Position numbers and translations under genes: made by a program. The notes beneath the pieces were generated by a model, which searched no databases, was not told the origin of the DNA, and saw only the letters and a program-made list of their open reading frames with translations. A stretch of 41,587 nucleotides of DNA from Hydrurus foetidus. Lineage: Eukaryota. The stretch covers positions 1 through 41,587 of the forward strand of contig UYFQ01000401.1 in the NCBI GenBank assembly GCA_900617105.1. Reading direction: 5' to 3'. Of the stretch, positions 25,201-36,993 are shown piece by piece; the first letter of the stretch is position 1; each line of letters opens with the position of its first letter.

Positions 25201-26678
25201 GAGATGAAAAAAGTATTGTAATTACCTCCGATATATCTCTAAGTGAGAGTCCTTTCGCTTTACTTCAGACGTGAACTCAATAGCAGCCTCGCACTGATCA
25301 TCCAAAAAATTGTAATAATATATTTGTGTTAGAATGCTTGTATTGATTGTGACATGAGATAATCAGGAATTTGGCCAGCATTTCATTATAGGGAGAAAGA
25401 AAATATTTCAAAATATTAGTTGATCGATTTACACTATTTAGATTATACTTAATTAAATTTGATGCTGATTCCATATTAATTAGATACCAAAGTCACGAAT
25501 TAGGTGCTAATATAATATAATAAAAATACACTGTCAAGAATACTGTACAGTCACAGTCGCATAATATGCATAACTTACAATAGGGGACAGTACTGCATAA
25601 GATGATACACAAATAAAACAGAATTGAAGATGGAGTATCGATAGCGATGAAGGAGATGAAAAAAGTATTGTAATTACCTCCGATATATCTCTAAGTGAGA
25701 GTCCTTTCGCTTTACTTCAGACGTGAACTCAATAGCAGCCTCGCACTGATCATCCAAAAAATTGTAATAATATATTTGTGTTAGAATGCTTGTATTGATT
25801 GTGACATGAGATAATCAGGAATTTGGCCAGCATTTCATTATAGGGAGAAAGAAAATATTTCAAAATATTAGTTGATCGATTTACACTATTTAGATTATAC
25901 TTAATTAAATTTGATGCTGATTCCATATTAATTAGATACCAAAGTCACGAATTAGGTGCTAATATAATATAATAAAAATACACTGTCAAGAATACTGTAC
26001 AGTCACAGTCGCATAATATGCATAACTTACAATAGGGGACAGTACTGCATAAGATGATACACAAATAAAACAGAATTGAAGATGGAGTACCGATAGCGAT
26101 GAAGGAGATGAAAAAAGCATTGTAATTACCTCCGATATGTCTCTAAGTGAGAGTCCCTTCGCTTTACTTCAGACGTGAACTCAATAACAGCCTCGCACTG
26201 ATTATGCAAAAAAAGTTGTAATAATATATTTTTGTTAGAATGCTTGTATTGATTGTGACATAAGATAATCAGGAATTTGGCCAGCATTTCATTATAGGGA
26301 GAAAGAAAATATTTCAAAATATTAGTTGATCAATTTACGCTTTTTAGATTATACTTAATTAAATTTGATGCTGATTCCATATTAATTAGATACCAAAGTC
26401 ACTAATTAGGTGCTAATACAATATAATAAAAATACACTGTCAAGAATACTGTACAGTCACAGTCGCATAATATGCATAACTTACAATAGGGGACAGTACT
26501 GCATAAGATGATACACAAATAAAACAGAATTGAAGATGGAGTATCGATAGCGGTGAAGGAGATGAAATAAGTATTGTAATTACCTCCGATATATCTCTAA
26601 GTGAGAGTCCTTTCGCTTTACTTCAGACGTGAACTCAATAGCAGCCTCGCACTGATCATCCAAAAAATTGTAATAATA
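22261..26678. repeat. ~452-bp tandem array, about 9.8 near-identical copies, inside E2
   Basis: Unit starts at ~22261, 22711, 23163, 23615, 24067, 24518, 24971, 25422, 25874 and 26328. Confidence 0.98.
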
Positions 26679-27832
26679 CATTATCAACAGAATGTTGGAT
26701 AAAGATTTAAAATGGATAAGGTCTTTGACCAGCCGAACAGTATTATAGTTGAGGCGTCATGTCGTATCCTCACGAAACAATAATATAAGCGACACCTCAA
26801 ATTCGACGAAGTACAGAAATTTAGAAAAATTTTGCCAGCGTTTTGTTACTGGGGAGATTAGTTATAAATTAGTTGCTGCGCTTTCTATTTTAGTTGAATT
26901 CAAAGAAGAATGAAGGATTAAAACGCACTTCGAATAAGGTTATTGAAGTCAATGCAGTCGGAGTCCTCACTCCATCATCTGCGAAGACCACCACAGCTAC
27001 GACCTAGAAGACATCGATGCAACAAAATGAAATTGAGCTTGTTAGTTGACAATATCAGCGTCCATCAGATTATTTTTGATGGCTACGTGCTGGAAACATG
27101 AGAGCATCAGGGCAGGGTGTGCTTGTTGGGAGTTGCAACTTGCAGCCGGAATGAAGCAGGACAAATGAAACGTAACGGGGGGATGCTTAATGGCCAAATG
27201 AACGATGGAAGAATTTGGTTCGAGATGTGACAACAATGTCGCAGCTCTTTCTAACAAGAATATCTCATATTGCAAATGTCATCGAAATGAGGATTCCACA
27301 CGATCGCAAATTCTTACCGTCAAAGAAGGAGATCAATTTGCAACTGGTACAGTGCTGGGATATTTCTTCTTGAGCGCGCTCATGCCACGGGCACCCGTTG
27401 AAAGTTGTGCACTATGGATAGTTGCAATTAAAATGCATACTGCCAACTGCCCATGCATGATGTTGGATACTGGCTACCCCACGCTGCGAAGAATTTTCAA
27501 TTCAAATCTCTCAGAGTAAGAAATCCGGGAATTTTTTCAAAATCCGGGAGAAAATAATTTTGGCCAGTTTGGCACGCCATAGAGGCTAGGTATGGCGTTC
27601 CAAACTGTTCAAAATTATTTTTTCCCGGATTTTGAAAAAATTTCCCGGATTTCTATCTTGGACAAAAATGAAAATGAAAAAAAAACGTATCATGAATGTG
27701 GAGTTGACACTTTTTAAATTAACGAAAAATACGACCCACTGTGTTGTGTCTCTCTGTAATGATCTCAAAATGTACCAAGCATGCATCACGTCGAAACCTC
27801 ACTCATAAGGAGCACTGCAACTTCCGCAAGCT

Positions 27833-29061
27833 ATGGATAATTTCCTTCACGGGAAGTGCCTAAATGGAGGCAGTTGTAATACACATTGTCAGAAGTTCAT
27901 CCCGGAGTCAGGTTCTCGTAATTGTGTTGACTGCAGTCATAAAGATAGTCATCACGTCATACTTGCTTGGAAGGTGATGTGTGAAGGATATCAATATTTG
28001 CCCAAGCCTGCTGTAGATGTTCCAGCTGCTGAGCTGAACGAACGGAAGTCTCAGTTCGGTCGAGGGAAAACTACGTCAAGTGCGATAACTTCAGTAAAAG
28101 CTGTAGGTGAGAAATTGTTCAGTATTTGTTGGCCAAGATGATTTTCTTATTGAGAAAAACGTTTTGACAGATGCCAAGTATGGTAAAAAATCAGCTAGCA
28201 ACACTGGAAATGTGAAAATGGAAAAGATGCCGAAAGGCAGCACCGTCGATTTCATCATTAAGGATGCTTCTGATCCCTATGATAAGATGTCATTGAACTC
28301 CATGGACGTTGATCGCATGACTACTAATGGGACGTATTTCGCCAATCAGTAGTTCGTCTGTAAAGACGAGTTTGTTAAGTTTCTCAAAACTAACAAGGTA
28401 TTTGGTTCCCAGTTTAGTAAAGATTTTTACTTATACACCGTTGCAAGACAATATGCAATGAAGTTAAATCCATCAGGTTATCATATGAAAAATTTTTCCA
28501 ACGTCACTTCTATGATGAATATTTGCCTTAGCAAGTATCTCATCATCAGTCCTTTCCCGAAGAACAGGGATGAGAAAATAGAGCATTTTAATACCATCAA
28601 AAAAGTCGATGGTCAAATCGCCATTGATATAGAGGAATGTAACTCCGACGACTCTAGCGAATCTCATGACGAGAAGTACATGAAAAAAGAATCACTCGAT
28701 GTTGAGGAAGATCCAGAAGAGATGCCTTATTCAGGTGAGCACTCTCTTCGACTGAACGATACTGCCTAACAATCATTTCAAACATGTAATCAAATATCTC
28801 CCATTGTTTGAAGGCACTCTAATGGAACAGTTAGCACCAAAATGCTTCCGTACCCCATTAAATGCCGATGAACATCACAAGAAAAGATCTCGTTCATGCG
28901 ATGACAACTTTGATGAAGACGCACCAGCGACATCAAGACAAAATGCTTTTGCACGCGACAGTAGATCTACGGGTAGATCTAGTGGCAGCAGTAGTAGCAG
29001 CAGTGTTCACTACATGAACAGTCTCGGCAACAGTGGAACGCTTTCTAGGAATAGTGACTAA
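27833..29061 (+). pseudogene. E3 accessory protein gene with premature stop; exons 27833-28106, 28171-28734, 28814-29061
   Basis: Colinear with the E2 accessory gene; in-frame TAG near 28350 where E2 has AAG. Confidence 0.85.
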
Positions 29062-29260
29062 TGATAATGAACTGTGCTTGCTACTATAATATTAAGTATA
29101 ATCCGATACTAAGTGTAATAAATAATCGTTGACATTCTTGATATGACTCGGCAGCACATATATGCGTTTTTTTTAAACCCTCCTCTTTTTCTGACTTAAA
29201 AATAAGTAATGAAATTTCGATCGAACAGATAAATTAAATTACATTTTTTTTGTTATACTT

Positions 29261-30179
29261 TCAAATTTGATTATCATGCAAGTCACTTAAAGTGTGTAAT
29301 GCAAAAATAAGCATGTTAGTTAGTGCATTATCTGGTGTTGCCATTGTAAGTGGTTGGACAGCTTCTTTAAAAGTGGCTAAGTTTACTGGATTCAATGGAC
29401 ATCTAATTGGATTGCATTCTACTTGAGGATTATCCTCCTCAACGTTTTCTGCATTATCTTCTACTCCATAATTAAGAAGATCAACAGGCTCGTCATAGTT
29501 AATATCTTCTATATGTAGTAGAATCATTTGAAGAGGTGTTCTGTTATTTTCGATGGCTAAAGGGTGATTATTCCAATATGATTTAAAGTTGTTTAATTCT
29601 TCTTGAATTCTAGGCATAAACATATACTGTAAAGTAAAAATATGACAAACATTATTAATATCAAAACCTTCCCTCTCGTAGGACGCAACAAGGTCATGTA
29701 AAACTTGATAACTTTGTCTGTAATATCACGCCACAATCTTTCAATCCTAGTTACGAATTATGATAGTACAACATTGACATAGAAAAATGTTGATAATATG
29801 CACATTAACAATTTCCTGAATATTCAAAAAATTCACCTTGTGTTAAATCTTGAGGATCCTGTAAGGTAAGAGCCTCTTCCCATGCCTCTGTGGTGGATCA
29901 TGTAGTCTGCTACTTGGACGTTTTCCCCTCCCATGTCTCCACGTACACGAGAAGGCAGCATGTACTGTTGTACGCCTTCTTTGAAAAGTTTTAAAACAAC
30001 ACTGCTCTTGTTGTTGTTAGCTGAACCTATAGTATAACATTTTGTATTTGTCAGTAAGTTAACTATTGAAGTGAGGTGAATACATATATTCACAAATAAA
30101 TGCATACCTAAATATATGACAGCTCTGGAAAAGCCATCTACACAACCATGTGTTATCATTCCGTATCTAATCAATTTAT
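29261..30179 (-). pseudogene. E3 transposase remnant (N-terminus and first catalytic Asp missing; frameshift)
   Basis: Begins at [28 protein letters not shown] and RIERLWRD are present; 1-bp deletion near 29688 relative to E2; no WHxD or HTH exons found upstream. Confidence 0.85.
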
Positions 30180-30186
30180 CTAATCA

Positions 30187-31890
<1,704 letters not shown>

Positions 31891-33007
31891 TGGAATTAAT
31901 ACTGCATATTAGAAATGGCCGTGCAATGAAGTCAACACAGAAGGATGAACCCACCGAAAATTATTCCGGTAGTACTTATCGTTCCAGCATAGCCTTTTGC
32001 CATCGCTCCAGCACAGCCCTAAAGTTTTCAATTTTGCCAGCGTTTTGGTACTCGTTAGTTGGATTGAAAAATTAATACTGCATATTAGAAATGGCCGTGC
32101 AATGAAGTCAACACAGAAGGATGAACCCACCGAAAATTAAGGCAAGAGAGTTGTTTTGCTGACAAAAACGACGACGATATCCTGACGACGAAGAAGTCAG
32201 GACACTCCTGCGTTCACAATTCCAAGGCATTTAAATTAAAAGTCGATTCAGAGAATTCAGGTCGAAAGAGATGAATATGCCAATCACCATTTAATCACCG
32301 ACAGAATCTGTCAACAACCCACTCACCGTGATATATGGTGAAGGCTCTCTCAAGCGTCCTGCCGTTCCGAATCTGGTTTTAAATTTGAGAATCGTTGAAT
32401 TACAATAGCTCAATCGTTTTGAAAGCAATCGGCAGATGAAATTCGGATCGGGCGCGACACAAAATATTGTCAGCGACCTACTCACCGTGATTCTAAAAAT
32501 TCACTCAACAGCCTACGCCAAGCAATCCCTGTTGACCAGCAAAAGTACAGTATTGAAACCTATTATCAGAATTACAAAAGAAGTGGCTTCATTAGAAAGG
32601 CACGTGACCTGAGGATTCGTAGATAGGATGGACATTTCAAGATTCATGATTGATGTCACCGTTGCATCGATTTACGCACTTTGTAGTCGAAATTGCTCGC
32701 TGAAATCTGTAGGCGCTGTATAAAATATGATCCTTTTTAATCCTCCAAATTTTCAGAGTCTTCTGAACTGTCCCTGAATTGTTATTGGTCATGAGGTGAC
32801 ATCGTGATGGTACTTCGAGGCGAGACATCTCATGAACCTCAGATAAACTTTAGATCTGATAAAAAGAAAATTGACATCTAATGATTTGAAAAATGCATCT
32901 GATCCCTCCGTACAGTCCAAGATCCCAGTGGCCGGAGAAACCCATATGTACTAAAAAAAACTGAAAATCGAACGACATTCCAAACCGGAAAGAAAAACAC
33001 AAACTCA

Positions 33008-33227
33008 GGCCGGTCCTTACGGTGTCGGATTTCAGGGAAAGTTAGAATCGGATTTCGGTTTTTGAAATCCAATTCTGACTTTTTCGATTTCCGACGCGGA
33101 GATTGTCGGAAATTCGGCCTATTTTTCGACAATCTCCGCGTCGGAAATCGAAAAAGTCAGAATTGGATTTTAAAAACCGAAATCCGATTCTAACTTTCCC
33201 TGAAATCCGACACCGTAAGGACCGGCC
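33008..33227. mobile_element. PIF/Harbinger-type fold-back MITE (220 bp) nested in E3
   Basis: GGCCGGTCCTTA termini; near-perfect palindrome; 3-bp TSD TCA (33005-33007, 33228-33230). Confidence 0.88.
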
Positions 33228-33475
33228 TCAAAGTCGAAGGGGACGAATTTTTCAAAAAAACGGAAATCGCAAACACTCTAATTGACCAAGATGAAAATCC
33301 GGGAAATTTTTTCAAAATCCGGGAAAAAATAATTTTGAACAGTTTGGCACGCCATACTAGGGTGTATGCGCACCAGAAATTCCGGCGAAATACCCCATCA
33401 ATTTCCGGGGATTTTCAGTTTGGTACCGCTTTGCCGGCGGATCTCCGCTCTGCTGATTCTCAAATCTCCGACTAA

Positions 33476-33696
33476 GGCCGGTCCTTATGTACACCGGAAT
33501 TCCCCCGAACAAGAACAGGATTTGCGAAATTCTTGATTTTGATCCATGAATTCTCTCGAAATCCTGCTCCATTTTTTTTCCAGCTCGGTTCGAACAGGAA
33601 AAATGGCCCGAAATCTCGTTCGAGACCGAGCAGGAATTGAAAAACCGAAATCCTGTTCCTGTTTCAAATGAATTCCGGTGTACATAAGGACCGGCC
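33476..33696. mobile_element. PIF/Harbinger-type MITE (221 bp)
   Basis: TIR GGCCGGTCCTTATGTACACCGGAATTC; TAA on both sides. Confidence 0.88.
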
Positions 33697-33699
33697 TAA

Positions 33700-33872
33700 G
33701 GGTCATTCTATACAGCGACGAATTTGGACGAATTCAATCGAGAAATAATTCGATTGAATTCGTTGACATTTTTTTGACCTCTCTGAATTTTACCGAATTC
33801 AGTGGCTCTTCTCCGCTGAATTCGCCTGAATTCCGCAAAATTCCGAAAAACCGTGTCTGTATAGAATGACCC
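33700..33872. mobile_element. PIF/Harbinger-type MITE (173 bp)
   Basis: TIR GGGTCATTCTATACAG; TAA on both sides; internal GAATTC repeats. Confidence 0.88.
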
Positions 33873-34127
33873 TAAGGGACGTTCACGTCAAAAAAGTCGC
33901 GCCGGGTACCACTTCTGATATTCACATCACAATCTCCAACACTCCTCACAACTAATCACCAATATATGCAGCATATCTGGCAACTACAACCTCAGCACCA
34001 AGTCAACTTCTTCTACAGTCTCATCCACTCTCTCTAGCTGGCCGAAACTCGGAACTGCTAACTGCATTTTTCCATTCGCTATCGTCCATTCCCTGGAGTC
34101 AACCTGAATTACCGACATCATCTTAAA

Positions 34128-35108
34128 ATGGGAGTTCAGGATTTGAGTAGGGAATTGCGCGCCTCCAAAAAAACTTGATAAGAAGCTTTCTGACTTTGAG
34201 GGAAAGATTCTTGGCGTTGATGCCTCTATTTGATAAAACAAAGCTATCTTCGCATCGCCTGAGATAAGCGCACTTTTTCATCAGGAACCGAGAGTGACTA
34301 TTGGACATCTTATCGACTTCTATTTCGACCGCCTACTCACAGTATTCAAGGCAAATAGTATCAGAATATTGTTCGTACTTGATGGCGCTAGGAACCCTCT
34401 TAAAGCTTCAACAAACGAGGCTCGTAGGAAGAAGAGTTTAGATGCATCAGAAGAGCTGGTAGAATTGGTTGCTTCCGGTGACTATGATAACATTAAGAAA
34501 ATTGCAGCTTCGGAAAAGAAAGCAGTCTATGTGCGCGAGGATATCATAGCCGACTTTGTTCGGTGGTGCGATAAGAATGATGTTAAGTACGTGTGCGCTT
34601 TTATGGAAGCAGAGTGGGAGTTATGCAGATTGAAGAAGGATGGGATTATAGACGCAGTGGTATCGGAGGATTCGGACTGCTTCGTACTTGGATGCAAATC
34701 TGTGATACAACTCCTTGATATCAACATAGACCCACTCGGGCTGAATTGTGCACTGGTGGCAGGTAGCGGCTGGACCGGTTACGTGAATAATATTCTTCCA
34801 AGTCCAACAACTGCCGAGATGGCCGATTTTGCAGTGCTACTTGGTGTGGATTATCTTGATCGAGCATGCGGCAGTTCTGTTAACAAAGTTAGTCGATTCT
34901 TTCCGAAATGGAGGGAAATTCGAGAAGAAACTTTGTTACATATACAATCACACAGCCAAGTAGGCGGATTACATACTCGACTTGGTATTCCTGGTTACAT
35001 GAAAAGATTTACAGAGGCATCCAATATATTCCAGTTTGCTGCAAGCTTCTGTGTGCGAAGTGTTACTGATGGGCAGTCACAACGCGATGCATTCTGGAGT
35101 GAGAGGTA
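34128..35108 (+). pseudogene. XPG/EXO1/FEN1-family 5' nuclease, intronless, disrupted
   Basis: MGVQDL...GKILGVDAS...FVLDG...LKASTNEARR...AFMEAEWEL...AVVSEDSDCFVLG...LLGVDYL; +1 frameshift in the A7 run near 34170, TGA-TAA near 34231, and truncation by the gypsy LTR at 35109. Confidence 0.88.
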
Positions 35109-35330
35109 TGTCGTGTGGCCTTGCTAGGTCTCAGGGCAACGGGAGCGGAGGTCTGAGGGCGCGTGGACAAAGGGAAGATGCTGTGGGGCTAAAGCTGTGA
35201 TAGCAATGTGGTTAGCTTACAGGTAAACACAGCAGATATCATGGCAATGAATCGTGTGGATCGGATCGTCCTCGATCCGAACCGGACGTACGACTGTACC
35301 CGTACAGCCCGTACGGGTGTTCGGGTCACA
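35109..35330 (-). repeat. 3' LTR (222 bp) of the gypsy element, preceded by a polypurine tract
   Basis: Minus strand reads AGAGAGAGAGGGG-CAC-TGTGAC...CACGACA; nuclease homology stops at this boundary. Confidence 0.8.
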
Positions 35331-35532
35331 GTGCCCCTCTCTCTCTGAAGGGGTGTACTAACTAACAAAATTCAGCATCAAAATACTAACTATGAATAAC
35401 TAACTAACGAATTGAATAACTATTTCAGACTAAGAACTGAAAGTTCCTTACTGAATAAATCTCCCGAAAATCCTTGAGGATCAAATTTAGGAGAAATCTT
35501 TATGATTTAGTTAATCAACTTGATTTTACCGG

Positions 35533-36993
35533 TTAACGGTAGTTCGCGATGAATTCGCGTGGTACCAAGTGTTTGAGGTTCTTTTTGATTAAGAACTCAT
35601 GTACTTTTTGCGATTTTCGCATGTGTGTCCATGGTTCCCATGTGTTGTGTTCATGAGTATAGTTGAGCCACTTTACATGAAATGTGAGTGATTTGTATGC
35701 TCTTATGTTGCCTTTCATGTCTAAGATATCTTCTATGAAGAATTCCAGATAATCTCTACGAGCAATGTCAGTTGGGTCGACATGTGTAGGATCAAAGTGA
35801 AACGGTTTTAGTTGGGTCATGTGGTACAACTTTTCTTTGTGTGTTACCAGATCGAGTAATGTATACTCAGCGAAGTTATGACTTATAACTCGCATAGGGC
35901 CACGCCACCGTGTGTGCATGCGTGTTTCTGGTGTTGTTCTTTGTTGCACGAGCACAAATGTGTCAACTCCGAATTGTGTGATGTTGGGAGATTGTTGTGC
36001 ATTGTGCAAGTCGTCGGATTGTTTTAGTAGACGTGCGGTGATTTCGATGAGTTCATCTTGCAACGTTAACATTTTATCAGTTGACCGTGTGAGTGATTCG
36101 AAATCTAAATCAATTTCATCTCTCGGAAGGAGGATGTTCGCGTCGAGGTCGATCGCGTTGCCATAGATGAGTTGTGCTGGAGACACTTTCATCCGGTCAT
36201 TTACGGTTGAATTTAGTATTCTTTGTACAAACGGTAATATTTCCGCGTAGTTTTCCGTAGTCGCCCGTTCGTATGCGTACGCGGTTATGTGGCGATTGAT
36301 TTCTTTGTTGATACGTTCGACAATAGCGTTTTCTTCTGAACAGTATGGTAATATTTTGTTGTGTGTTGTTCCAACTATTTTCACAAACTCATCTATGATG
36401 TGGCTTGCGAAGTGAGGTCCATTATCTGATCGAAGTATACACGGTGAGCCGTATCGCCCCACGTGTTCTACGAGTGCTGTGCACGCTGATTTAGCTGTTG
36501 CATCAGGTGTAGCGTAGAGTTCGACAAACCTTGAGAAGGTGTCGATCATAACAAGGATATATCCTTTATCGGGAAATGGGCCAATGAAGTCTATGTTAAG
36601 GCATTCCATTGGTTTATAAGTCGACGTTGTGTATCTGTAGGCGTTGATTGGATATTTCATCGCCGACATCTTTTGGCAACAAGGACAATTCTTAATGAAT
36701 GTTTTTACTGCGTCACGCATTCCCAGCCATATGTTATTTGTTTTCTTTAATATACGCAGTGTGCGTTGTACACCACCATGTCCGACTATCGTATTATGGC
36801 ACGTTGCAATTAGGTTATATTGGTCGGTCGTCATTGGCTTGTGTGTCAGAATAGCTGCTATTACTCCTGTTTTAGGTAGCATTCTTTTTTTACATAGGCG
36901 AGACATTGCGTCAGCAATTTCATTTTGTTTTCCCGGGATGTACCCTATCGTATATTCTGGTTCCTGCAGGGCCATACGCAATCTGCCCACCAT
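35533..36993 (-). CDS. Gypsy integrase plus chromodomain (intact C-terminal part of pol)
   Basis: HHCC zinc finger, IDFIGP...RSDNG...ENAIVER, WRGPM, and chromodomain FFIEDIL...HVKWLNY...NTWEP. Confidence 0.93.
   Translation of the reverse strand: MVGRLRMALQEPEYTIGYIPGKQNEIADAMSRLCKKRMLPKTGVIAAILTHKPMTTDQYNLIATCHNTIVGHGGVQRTLRILKKTNNIWLGMRDAVKTFIKNCPCCQKMSAMKYPINAYRYTTSTYKPMECLNIDFIGPFPDKGYILVMIDTFSRFVELYATPDATAKSACTALVEHVGRYGSPCILRSDNGPHFASHIIDEFVKIVGTTHNKILPYCSEENAIVERINKEINRHITAYAYERATTENYAEILPFVQRILNSTVNDRMKVSPAQLIYGNAIDLDANILLPRDEIDLDFESLTRSTDKMLTLQDELIEITARLLKQSDDLHNAQQSPNITQFGVDTFVLVQQRTTPETRMHTRWRGPMRVISHNFAEYTLLDLVTHKEKLYHMTQLKPFHFDPTHVDPTDIARRDYLEFFIEDILDMKGNIRAYKSLTFHVKWLNYTHEHNTWEPWTHMRKSQKVHEFLIKKNLKHLVPREFIANYR

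Larger units (their letters stand above)
18384..27581. mobile_element. IS3EU-like DNA transposon E2 (genes apparently intact)
   Basis: ~63-bp TIR TATGGCGTGCCAAACTGGCC...TCCCGGATTT; 5-bp TSD GAGGC (18379-18383, 27582-27586). Confidence 0.93.

Noticed and set aside
13190..26678. 208-bp and 452-bp arrays as guide/spacer arrays or protein-coding repeats
   Set aside because: Units differ only by scattered SNPs, with no variable spacer; unit lengths are mostly not multiples of three and the small ORFs show no recognisable domain
32878..33285. Mirror-image ORFs on both strands
   Set aside because: By-product of the palindromic MITE
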